From Balamuthia mandrillaris (Eukaryota), in NCBI GenBank assembly GCA_031835245.2, contig JAVKOQ020000041.1:124001-188000 (forward strand): a stretch of DNA of 64,000 nucleotides, written 5' to 3'. The position numbers and the translations under genes were made by a program. The notes below the pieces were generated by a model. It made no database searches. It saw nothing but the letters and a program-made list of their open reading frames with translations, and was not told the origin of the DNA. This document shows positions 48,598 to 60,343 of the stretch, piece after piece (position 1 is the stretch's first letter; each line of letters opens with the position of its first letter).

Positions 48598-51140
48598 CCT
48601 CTCTCCCCCTCTCTCCTGTCAATCTTTATTTAAGTTGCAATTTAAAATAGCGAGGAGCTTCGTTGGTGAATCAAGATTGTATGTCTTGGAGTGTTTTTCC
48701 TCATAGTAATCCACTTCATCTGGCTGCCTTGAACGGTCATTGTGAGGTTGTGCACTTGTTGCTACACGAAGCTGCAAAAACAGGTATTATCTGCCATCAT
48801 ATTTTGCTCTTTTGGTTTCGTTGGGTTATGCTCACGTTATTAAAGAGAAACAAAAAGCAACAGCAGAGGAAAGCAGTGATGGTGAAGATGATGGAGGCAG
48901 CCAACAAGAAAAAGAGAGCGAGCATAAAATGCAAATAGAAAAAGACAAAGAAATAGACAAAAAGATGCGAAGAAGAGCGATTTATCTTCGAATGAGTGAC
49001 ACTGATAATGTCCCTCTCACATCAACGAACGAAGAAGGAAACGAGGTAGAGAAGAAACGAGGTGAAGGAGGCGGAGAAAGCTCTGCTTCAGAGTCTGGAA
49101 GCATAAACGGAGTACTGGACTATCTCAATACAAGAGATGCGGAACTAAACACACCATTGCATTTAGCGTGCATGTTTGGCCATGCAGCTTGTGTCAGGGT
49201 TATGTTGGAGGCTGCTAAGGAAGTTCTCTCCACCTCTGATACTGAAAGTCGGCAACAAAAGAAAGAAAAAGGTACTCTTTTTTTCTTATGGCACTTCGTA
49301 CCTCTTTCTCTTCCCTTCCTCACTCCTCTTCTTTCATTCTTCACACCAAAAAAAGTTGGCAAATTCATAAACGCCCTAATGGGAGACATGGATCTTGAAA
49401 AACTCCCTGCACAACTTTTTGGAAACAATAACAAAGGCAGTAGCTCCACACTCTACACCCTCTCCGAGATCGTCAACGCTGAGAATCTCTTTGAAGACAC
49501 TGCACTCCACTTTGCGGCATGTTACGGCCACGCAGAAATCGTTAAACTCTTATTGGAGGCAGGAGCTAATATTCACTCTAAGAAATCGGATGTTGGCACT
49601 CTCCCTCTACATCTCGCTACTTCCAAAGGCGACCTTCCTACTGTCTCTCTTCTTCTATCGTCAGCATCAACACCAGAAGTTGGTAACGATGGATCATCCA
49701 ACGATTACATTAACTGTCCTGACAAAGATGGAGAGACGCCTTTTCTCAAAGCAGCTGCTTCGAATCATCCTCATATCCTATCTTTCTTGATGGAGAACGT
49801 CAACGACTTAGATATCAACCAAGAGAGTACTCGAGATAGAGAGACGGCCCTGCACAAAGCGGCTTGGTTAGGTTGTGTGGATGCCTTGCGATTCCTGCTG
49901 GCTCAAGAGGGAGTACAAGTCAACACCTTCTCCAAGTTTATGCACATTTCCCCTCTGCACAAAGCCGTCAAGAACAATCAGTACGAGGGCGTGCGTCTGT
50001 TGTTGGAACATGGAGCGGATGCCAATTGTAAGAGCAGACATGACGTTGTTGCGCTATACTCAGCTTGCAGCTTGGTGGAGCCGGATGTAGCGATGGCATT
50101 GTTAGCGGGAGGTGCTCGTAATCGAGCGTGCGAGTTATGGACCCCGTTTTATAAGGCTCTATATGAAGGCAACCATCATCAGGGAGACGCCAAGTTATTG
50201 CGAGCCATCATTGAAAGCGAGTTGGGACATATTGAGAAAGAGAGAGAATATCGAATGAAAGGAGGAACGGGGCACAAAAAGAAAGAGGAAGAGGAGGAAC
50301 ACATTTCCTCCAACGATAGGAACTTTACACCATTGCATCTGGCAGCACTGGTACGTGATTTTTCTCGTTGTGTTTGCCTCTCGCATTTCTAACAACTCTT
50401 TTAAGATAGGGGACGTTACTATGTTGGAGGCTGCCATCGAAAATGCAATTCTAGAACAAGAACAAGAAGAAGAGAAGAAAAATGAGTCAAACTCGATCAA
50501 ACAAACCGCGATTGGCTCGACTTCCAATAGATCGATGAAACAACAACGCCATCAACCTTCCTCTTCAGATGAGCTCCTTCGTTCACTTCTTATTGGTGAA
50601 GATGAACCCAAACAATCACCGCCCAATGACGAACAAGAAGATGAAGACGAGGAAGAATTGATACTTGGGGAAACGTCCGTTGTGAACGTTCGTAGCCAAG
50701 AGAAACTCACCCCATTGCATCTCGCCTGCCTCAAAGGCAACCTTCAATGCGTTCGCTTGCTGTTGCAAAACGGAGCATCTACGATGATCTCCGATGTGGC
50801 CCAAAGAAAACCCATCCATTGGGCCGCCGTTGGTGGACACACTGATTGCATCCTGGAAATGATTCAACATTTGCAACAACTACAACAACAAGAATATGAA
50901 GAAGAAGAAGAGATGATAGCTACAAGTGGTGGAAGGCAGAGAGAGACAGCAGATATAGCAAAGTTTGTGAATTTGAAGGACAAAAGACATTTTAATCCGG
51001 TTGGGTTGGCTGCCGCTGGTGGACATGTGGAGTGCGTCAAGATGTTGACGTCCTATGGAGCTACTTTAGGGAAATGCTCTTTATTGAGTGCTGCTAAAAA
51101 CCTTGAAAAAAAGGTTCTTGCTCATTCTCCCTCCCTCCCT

Positions 51141-51192
<52 letters not shown>

Positions 51193-52852
51193 TTATGTCC
51201 TTGCTTACCACTTATGTGATGCAGGAATGTGTGGAATGCATCCGACATTTAGTCTCGCAACCAAAAGTAGGGTTGCGAATTAGTGTTGGAGCCACAAAGA
51301 TTCTTCAGAACCCTCTAAGTGATGCAGTTTATGCAAACAACGAGGAAGTTATTCAACTTCTTTTGAACAATGGCGCAACCGTGGACCAAGAATTGTTTGC
51401 TGCTGGCTGTTACGCAAACTTTGAGGTTTGATATTTATCGCACCAAATTTCTTTGTTTCATTCTTTCGTTTCTGTTTCTTGCTTCTTTCTCTCATTTTCA
51501 ACTAATACTGCAACATTGCATTGTTGTTTTAGTGTTTTCAATTATTATTTTCCAAAGTGGATCGCTCTCAGCTTGACACAGTAAACCACAAGTTTCCTCT
51601 GCTGCGCGCTGTGGAAGGCGGAAACCTAGACATCGTGCGCGCCCTCATCGGAGCCGGTTGTGATACCAACCTTACTACCAACTCTGCTCTCGTCCACGTG
51701 GAAATGCAGTCGGCCATTCACGAAGCCGCCTTTCACGGGCGTCTCGATATCCTTCACTTCCTGTTGACCAACGAACGATGCCCTGGCGATCCCAACTTAA
51801 CCGACTCACGTGGAAGAACGCCCCTTCATGCTGCTGCCATCGGAGGACATGTTGACTGTGCCAAGCTTCTCATCGAACGAGGCAGCAAGTTGATGGCGAG
51901 CGATGCTCGCAAGATGGTACCCTTGCACGAGGCAGCAAGGCATGGTTGCACGGAGCTGGTCAGGTACTTCTTGAGTTTGATTCCTGGTGTGGATCGGTGC
52001 ACCTATGAAAAGGATAAGATGAAGTACTTGATGACGATGAAGCGACGTTCCCGCTTTATTGACGTACGGAATATTAATAAGGCTACGCCTTTGTTGGAAG
52101 CTACTCTCGGTTTGTATTTCACCTTTTTCTCCTTCTTCCTTGTTGCTTTTCTTATAACACTCCATTACCTTTTCACACATAGGCGGATTTGGCAATTGTG
52201 CTCTCTTCTTGATGCGCAACAACGCCAACTTTCTGCTGAAAGATAAGGAAGAGGTGAGCGTAATGCACAACTGCGCAGCACGTGGTCTCTACAAATGCCT
52301 GCAATATCTACTTGCCAACGGCGCACCGGTCAATGAGACCGATGCCAAAGGCAACACACCTTTACATTTTGCCACGATGCACGATCACGTCGACTGTGCA
52401 GAGCTGCTTATAATGAATGGAGCTATAGTTGAGGAGGATGAACAACTTCAGACAACTTTATCTCCGTTGCATTTTGCTCTTAGGTCAGGAAATCATAAGC
52501 TGTTCTCCTTGTTGGTAGATAGAGGAATGACTGTTACTTGCAAGGATCTCGGTGGTCTTACACCTCTTCATGAAGGTTCTTTTTATTTCTTCTTTACTTT
52601 TTCTCGCTTTTTTTAACAGCTATTAACATATCCACATATAAAGCTGCAAGTGGAGCTCATTTGGAGTTGGTGAAGAAGTTAGTATCGATGGGAGTAACAT
52701 TAGATGTTCTCGACATGCGACAACGTACCATTCTGCACTGGGCATGTGCTGATGGCAAAACCGATCGAAGCACTGCTATGCAGCGGACCATCGGCCGCAT
52801 TCTTGATCATCTTCCTCCTTCTCCAGGTCTCACTTCCTTCTCTTTTTCCCAT

Positions 52853-52889
<37 letters not shown>

Positions 52890-53434
52890 TCTTTGCCCAT
52901 CTTTTTGTACGTATAAAATAGGTTTGGAAAGAGGCAGCAAAGTGGTGCATCGGTTACCTTTGGTGGATCGTCAAGGCAAATTCTTCTTCCGGATAGATGA
53001 CTTTGCTCTATTTGTGAAACACGAAGAGGTCTTTCAGCTCGTTTCTGATCCGCAGGAATATGGAGGCTACGCATGGTACTTTCTCATCTTGTCCCTTATG
53101 CAAGTACTTAATTTGTACGTATCCTATTAATAGGTCTTTGAAAGTTCGAAAGTGGCAAGAAACCCATCAAGGCGATGTTTATCTGTCGCTCTTCTTTGAA
53201 TGTACAAAACTTCAGGTTGGTGTTCTTTGCAAATTTTACTTTCCTCTTCTTCTTTTAGTTCTTCTTCTTCTTCTCCTCCTCCTCCTCTTCCTCCTCCTTC
53301 TTCTCACATTGTCATTTTGTTTGGAATAAAAGCATCGAGAGGAAGGAAGGAGCGATGTGAAGAACTGGGCAGTGTTTGTGGATTACTCCATTTGTATCGT
53401 CAACCGTGATCTTCCCAAATCGGTTATCATGGGT

Positions 53435-53479
<45 letters not shown>

Positions 53480-55784
53480 TCTCTCTTTCTCTCTCTCTAT
53501 TCTTCTTTATCCTTATTTATAAATAATAACAGAGTCTGGAAATCGGTTTGAGCGTGATGGTAATGGATGGGGTTGGAGAAAGTTTCACAAGTTAAAAGAT
53601 CTTGTCAAAAACGATTCAGGTTTGCTCTTTCGTTCTTTCTCCTTTTTCTCTATCCTTGACCCATCTAACAACACTTAAAAAAATGAAAAGGCTTTTTAAC
53701 GGAAGAAGGCTCTCTACAATTTTACGTAAAGTTTGAGCTCTTTGACAAACACGAAATAGATCAACACTACGACTTCATTCGGCGTAAAGCTCGCCCTCCA
53801 AAGAAACATGATCAATATAAAGAAAAGTTTGTTCTCCTTTCTCGCTCTCTTTCTCATATTCACTCTTCACTCTTCTTACGTTTTTATGTTATTACACAAA
53901 TGAAAAAGAAAACGAGAGTTTCTTAAATATTTAATAGCAAACAACCTAGACGTTAACGCTAGAAGTCTCGACGGATGGACTCCCCTCCACCTCCAAATGC
54001 AACGCCCTGACCTGCTCTGCTCCTCTCTTCTCCTTGATGCTGGTGCCGATGTGAATGCAGCCGACAAGGACGGCTGCACCGCTCTTCACTGGTTGTTGAA
54101 AGGCAAAGACGTAACAGCGATGGCAGCATCGTCGACCTCGTTGGCTCCCAGGAAGAAACGAGTTGATGCCTGCATCGAACTGCTTCGTCACTTAGTGGAG
54201 GAGAGAGGGGCTGACGTAAACGCGAGGGATAACGAGGGCAACACGCCGTTGCATCTGGCCGTTGTGTCAGATGACGTGTTTGTGCCGGCGTTGGTCCGCT
54301 TGGGAGCTTGCGTGGATGCTATAACGAACAAAGTAGAAATAATTATAAGCGGAGAGGAAGAAGAAGAAGAAGAAAAAGAAGCAGAGGAGGAAGGAGGAGA
54401 GAAGGAAGAGAATAAGAGACAAAGAAAAGTGGTGGATGTACAGATTTGTGGAGGATATACCGCGCTTCATTTAGCGGCAAAGCCGAGGAGCATGTCGAGA
54501 CGTTCCTCGTTGAAGACTTTGTTGGATCAAGGAGCAGATCCAACCATACTTGATGCTAGTGGAAGATCAGCTTTGCATCATCTTCTTGATAATTGCGGTA
54601 AGTGTTCCTGTTTTTCGCCTTTCTGTTTTTTCTAACTTTTGCCTTTAAAATCAACAGAGGTAAAAGCAGAAAGAGAAGAAGTTATGCTTGCAGGAGAAGT
54701 TCACGACATCGCTCTCATCCACACTGACAGTGAAGAAGAAAACGAAGCAAACGAACGACACGACCAAGAAAGAGAAGAGGAAGGAGACGTGGTGCGATTC
54801 GTGGTGCAAGGAAGGATGGTACGAGCTCACAAGTCCATTCTCTCCTCTCGCTCTGAGTACTTTAGAGCCATGTTCGACAACAGCTGGCGTGAGTCAGACC
54901 AAAAGAATGTCGTGCTGAGCATGGAGTGGCTCGAGTTCGATGTCTTTCTTTGTTTACTTCGGTTCCTCTACAGCAAACATCTTCATATTCCTTCTTCATC
55001 TTCAGCTTCTACTTCTACATCTGTTTTGGGCTTTGCGATGAAGTTGTTGGTAGCGAGCGACCAGTTCTTATTGTACGAGAGCTTGGCTGTGGCAGTGAGC
55101 AATTATCTGGTAGACAAAGTTTTGAACTGGGAGAACGTTCGATTCGTGTATGATGTTGGAGATGCGTTCCAACTTCCCGAGTTGAAGAAGCATTGCGTTC
55201 TCTTCATTTTAGAGAATCTTGGGAAGAAGGAGAGAGAAGAGGTGGCAGCTCGCAGGAGAAAGCTTTTGGAGGAAAGGAGTGAAGAGGAAGAAGAAAACGA
55301 AGTACAACCGTTAGCAACAAACAGAGATGAAGAAGTGGAAGGAGAAGTAGGGAACGAAGAAGAGGAGGAGACAGAAGAAGAAAGGATGGCGGGAAAGAAG
55401 AGGAAGAGGGAAGAAAACGAGAAGCAAGAAAAAGAGAAACGGATAACAAAAACAACGCCAATAACCGAACAATCGAGCGAAGAAAAAGGAAAAGAAACAG
55501 AAATGAAAGGCACAAAGGTGGAAGAAGAAGAAGAACAAGATGAAGAAGAAAAGGAAGAAGAGAACGAAAAGGAAGCACTAAAGTCGAACCTGATTCACGT
55601 CATGAAACGGATGATAGTGGAAGTGGCCACTGGAAAGATAGAGTTTAGAGATAAGTACACAAACGTCATTGAGTGGAAGCAACTCGCAACGAATCTAAAG
55701 GAAAACGAAGAAGAGGAGGAAGAGGAAGAGGACGAAGGAGAAGAAGGAACAGAAAGAGGAACTCATCCACCAACTAACACATAA
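46548..55784 (+). CDS. Giant ankyrin - SPRY - ankyrin - MATH - ankyrin - BTB/POZ protein, many exons
   Basis: SPRY (WYYEVTL...FQVGW...GVGDDEFSYAYDG...GDVVGCGL); many TPLHLAA repeats; MATH (FFFRIDDF...YGGYAW...YLSLFF...WGWRKF); BTB (DVVRFVVQGRMVRAHKSILSSRSEYFRAMF). Confidence 0.85.
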
Positions 55785-55823
55785 AAATAAAGAAAACGAA
55801 GAAAGAAAAAAAGAGAGAAGAAG

Positions 55824-55870
<47 letters not shown>

Positions 55871-55873
55871 AGT

Positions 55874-56428
55874 TTATATTCTTTGTTCTTCCGTTTCTTT
55901 GGCAAAAGGGTTGCTAATCTCGACGGTGCCTTCCACCGGACAGATCAACATGATGGCAGTGCCTTTGCAAACTACCAGGCCCAGCTTGCGTGTTTGTGTG
56001 GTCGGTTTGTATGGGTCCAACGGATCTTTTTTTTTTGAAGCAATGTTATATAAACAACAGATATGAAGAATCGAAAGTGGGGGAGTGGTTTACCTCGAAG
56101 GAATTCGATGGTTTCATCAAGCACAATGTTCAGAATGTTGTCATGTCCTTTGAGAACTCCTTGCACTGAAACAAAAATAAAAAGGTCAAAAAACTAAAAC
56201 AAGAAGGATGGCTGAAAAAAAAAGATCGAACCTTCACGTCCGCCGGTGAACTTCACTGTAACTTTTTGATTGAGGAAGTTTTCAAGGTCAAGGATGGACT
56301 CTTTTTTTGACTATTAACATTAAAGAGAGAGAGAGAAAAAGATGGTTAGCCTTTTTTTTCTCCTCTCTCCCTAACCTTCTCTTGTTTTGTGTTTTGTCCG
56401 CCAACAAAACAAAAGGTCATACCTTCAT
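55874..56428 (-). CDS. LSM7: U6 snRNA-associated Sm-like protein LSm7, 4 exons
   Basis: KKESILDL, VKFTGGRE, GVLKGHDNILNIVLDETIE, RKLGLVVCKG, EISNPF. Confidence 0.92.
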
Positions 56429-56638
56429 TTCGTCTTCTCTCTTTCGTTAGTTTCGCTTTCTTGTTCTCTCCTTCCTCCTCGCGTCGTCCTGAATGAATCT
56501 GGAGACAGGCGCGAGGACAGGAGAATGCGTCGACGACGTGAGAGAAGATATGAGCCAGGACAGGAGCATAGTTAAGAGCCAGGACAGGGGATAAGACAAG
56601 AGAGAAGATAGGAGAGAGAGCTAGACTTTCGCGACAAT

Positions 56639-56681
<43 letters not shown>

Positions 56682-56684
56682 TTT
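56639..56684. repeat. (ATTT)n tetranucleotide microsatellite
   Basis: Directly visible. Confidence 0.85.
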
Positions 56685-56718
56685 TTCTCTATGAGGCATT
56701 GCTTCTTTCCTCTGTCCT

Positions 56719-57836
56719 TTAGGCCGTGGAGGGGGACACGGTCGGAGCTGTAACTTGGTTCCTCACCGTGGTCTTTCGTTTTTTTCTCAGGTGGAAGTAG
56801 ACCACCACCCCCGCTACTGCTCCAAGCAAGAGCACTCCTCCCACTGCGCCCACAACCGCTGCAGCCTTCTTCTCTGCTCAGGTCGTTTTGCGTTTGTAAA
56901 ACAAAAAGGTGGATCAGAAAAACATGAGAAAACATAAAGTACCTGCCGAAGAGTGGGAAGATGTGGAGGTAGGGGATGATGAGGACGAACCGGTACTAGA
57001 ATGGCTCTCTGCATCATCTTTATCACAACCGTTTTCTACCTCACACTTATCCTCTAAGGTGGAAACAACACGAATGGTCAAGAATCATAGATGGAAGAAT
57101 AACAAGAAAGAACATAGAGACAGGAAGAAAAGAGGACGAGAAAGAAGAACAAGAGAGATTGCGGATCGTGAAACACAAGAAAGAATACCTGCGTAAGGTC
57201 TGACACCCACATAGTTGCCCGGAGGCTTGTATTGGCAGGTGATGATGGTACGCCAACCGGTGGAGCAATCATTTACAAAGCCGCACCCAACGTGCGTCGT
57301 TCTGTTTTCAAACAGGTTGGAAAATATAACTAAATGGAGAGTGAACGTGTGATGTACCCGCTCCACATGACCTGAGTGTAATGTCCGCAGACGCCGTTGC
57401 ACCCGTTCGTTTTGCAATTCCACTGTTTCTCCTCGGACACCCATGACCGAACGGAACCTTTGAGCGCCTCCGCGGCAGTAGGTTCTCCTGACGACGCCCA
57501 CAGGTTTTCTCCAACCCCTCCTTGTCCCGAATGGCGAAAGTCGCATTTGTTGGTCCACGCTTTGAAACAAACTCAGACAGGTAAGATGGAAGATGGTAGC
57601 TTAGACGTGCAAAAACACAAAGAATAAAGGCAACAATAACCTTGGGCAGTTTTTTCAAGAGAGGTATCGTAGGAAAGTTCCGGGAGCCCTTTGTTTCGCC
57701 TGGCGCAGTTGTGGGCCTCCAAAACAATGTCCCTCTGCTCGTCCGAAAGTGCGAAGGACGCAGTCAAGAAGCACAGCATCCCCAGGGCAGACACCAGGAA
57801 CCAACCGCCGTACCACGCTCCCTCGGGTCCTCTCAT
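56719..57836 (-). CDS. CAP/SCP (PR-1-like) domain type I membrane protein, multi-exon
   Basis: Signal-like N-terminus, HNCAR, GENL, CGHYTQVMW, VGCG, TCQYKPPGNY, Ser-rich stalk, TM helix VVGAVGGVLLLGAVAGVVVYF followed by RKKRK. Confidence 0.88.
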
Positions 57837-58053
57837 TTCCCTCCTTTTCTATTCTTGACCTGTTCCGCCTTCTTGCTTGGCGAACGGACATTTATCATTT
57901 CCTTTGATGGATACCACCAACCGGTGCAGAACCCCTGTCGACACCTTTTCTTTATTGCTTCTGGTGTGCATCCCGTGAGCCTTGCCTGAACTTCAGGTAA
58001 CGCTTTTCTTCTTTTTTATTGTCGCGACCACAACGAACGAAGAAGAAAGAACA

Positions 58054-59092
58054 ATGAACCGAGAGAGTGCCGCTTTGAGCGCCAAGCAACGGTGGCTGGT
58101 GAGGACCTCATGGAAGAGACTGGAACCATTGGTCAGCAAGAAAGGGTTCGGCGGCTTGCAGTCCCTCAAGCAAGACGTTGGCATGCCGGTTGCCTCCCGT
58201 TACGACCACCACGACGTGATCACGTATTGCTCCTCTTTGTTGTCATTTTCGTTCTCTTATTCTTTAATACTTATGCTTCCTCTCTCGCTTTAAAAAAAAA
58301 AAACACACCAGAACAAGCACAGAAGGAGCCGCCAGCAAAGAAGAGCAAGACGCTCTTTGGGAGCGAGCTGCTGCCTCCAACAACAGCAACGAAGAAAGCC
58401 CCTTGCTGACCCTCACTTTTTACCGCCACCTCTTCTCCACCCACCCTCAAATGCGAGAGATCTTTTGGCGCTTCAACCTGCACCAAAGCATGGAGAAGAT
58501 GGTGGCGGTCTTGGCCGATCCCGATGTGGACCTTCAGGCAAGCCTGAGGGCGCTGGCAGAGCGGCACAGAGGCAGAGGCATTCTGCCGGAGGACTATGAT
58601 CGCATTGGCGGTTCGCTGCGCTATGCTCTGACCCAGGTGTTGGAAGAAGCGCAAGGAGAAGGAGACGAGAAGGAGAAAAAAGAGAAGAAGGAGAATGCAG
58701 AAGTGGAAGCATGGATGGCTGCTTGGTCTGTTTTTGCTGAACCGATGAAGTACGTTTGGGAAGACGAACCAAAAGCGGCGATGGAACAAGAGACACAAGC
58801 ACAGCGATTAGAAGAAACGGAAAAAGAAGGAACAGAAGAGGAAGAAAAAGAACCAGAATGGAGCATGGAGGAAGTTGCTCGCCATAACCACGAAAAGGAT
58901 TTGTGGATGGTCATCGATGGTTCCGTTTACGATGTGACCAAGTTTTTCTCTCTCCATCCAGGCACTGGCGAAAAGCTGCTTCTTGGTGCAGGCAAGGACG
59001 CTTCCAACCTCTTTATCAACAACAGCTTTCACTCCCCACGGGCCCGTCGTATTCTTCAGCACTATCGAATTGGTCGTCTCCAGACATGTTGA
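58054..59092 (+). CDS. Globin - cytochrome b5 fusion protein, 2 exons
   Basis: LSAKQRWLVRTSW (A helix), FYRHLFSTHPQMREIF (B10 Tyr, CD1 Phe), LAERHRGRGI (proximal His), WMAAW; b5 motifs HNHEKDLWMVIDGSVYDVT, HPG, AGKDAS, HSPRA. Confidence 0.88.
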
Positions 59093-59126
59093 AGAAAAGC
59101 TTGTTCGTTTTCATGTGCCGATTGTC

Positions 59127-60126
59127 TCAAACAATGTTTTGCAAGAAACAAGTGACTCGAGAGAGGAACTGTTGTTGAGCGTCGAGAGAGGAGAGAGCGT
59201 GGTCTGCGTCTTCGATGTAGAAGCCCTCGCTGCCTTGGGGCAACGCTCGACACATCTCGTCCACCAACTTGCGTTTATCCACGCATTCAGGCACGTACTC
59301 ATCCTTCATGGAACAAACCAGCAGAAACTTTGGGGGCCATTTCTTCTTTTCGTCTTCTCGCTCGTCTTCTCCTTCATCGAGAGAAGGAATGGCCAGTTTC
59401 AAACGACGTTCTTCTTCAGTAAAGTCAGAGGAGAACATGTCGTCACAGGTCATGCGTCCCACCAAGGAGTGATAACGTCGAGCACAAATGGGAGCACCTG
59501 TAGGGTCCGTCCCTCGTGGCATCAGCTCTTCCTCCTTGCCCTCTCTCAACATGCGCTCCGCTAATGCCTTGTTCTCGCTGGTAGAGGGAAGGGTTTGCAT
59601 GTACTCCCGGTCGCTGACTGGAGCTTGAAGAATGACGCCTCTCACCAGCCTGCGAGAGGAGTGCTGGTGCTGTTGGAGAAAGTAGATGCAGTCCTGGCAG
59701 CCAGTGCTGTGACCTAACAGCACTATCGTGGGTGGTGCCTCTTCCTCTTCTTCCTTTGCTCCTCCACTTTGAGAGTGACGAGAGAGCAAATAACGTAGCA
59801 ACGCATCCAATTCTTCAGCATCACTGCAAAGAGAGAGAGAAGTGAGTTATTGAAACACATAAAGAAACAAGAGAGAGCAAACAGCACGTTTGAAGGCTTT
59901 GGATGCCATAACCTAGCCCTGAGCTGCTGAGCTGAGCTTGGACCAAGCACCAGCCCAACGCTTGGAGGCTCTCGGAGAGCGGCACGAGGTAGGGCAGGCA
60001 CAAGAACGAGTCCGTCAACCCACCGAGGAACACCACGTACTTCTTGTTGGTGGTGGCAGCACCGCTCTGAAAGGCCACCAACCTCCTCCCCGGCAGATAC
60101 TGGAACAACGTCCCCGCCAGCCTCAT
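59127..60126 (-). CDS. DUF1749 / UPF0613 alpha/beta hydrolase, 2 exons
   Basis: VFLGGLTD, GHSTGCQD nucleophile elbow, ILQAPVSDRE, DDMFSSD, DEYVP, ADH. Confidence 0.88.
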
Positions 60127-60226
60127 TTCTTTCTTGCTTTGTATTTTTCTTTTTCTTTGGGGTTCGGGGAATTGAAAATTTCCCCGAAAAATCACCCATT
60201 GGACGGGCTGGATCTTTTAATCAGAC

Positions 60227-60270
60227 ATGACGTCATTAATTTCGCATTTAGGATAATTAGAACCACGTGG
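60227..60270. promoter_or_regulatory. Palindromic CRE-like (ATGACGTCAT) and G-box-like (CCACGTGG) sites in a short divergent promoter
   Basis: Perfect palindromes at 60227-60236 and 60263-60270 between divergent ATGs; function inferred. Confidence 0.35.
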
Positions 60271-60343
60271 CTTATATCCAATCTATAAATTAATCTGAAA
60301 AATGGAAACAAAAATAACCCAAAAAAAAAAAAATAAAACAAGA

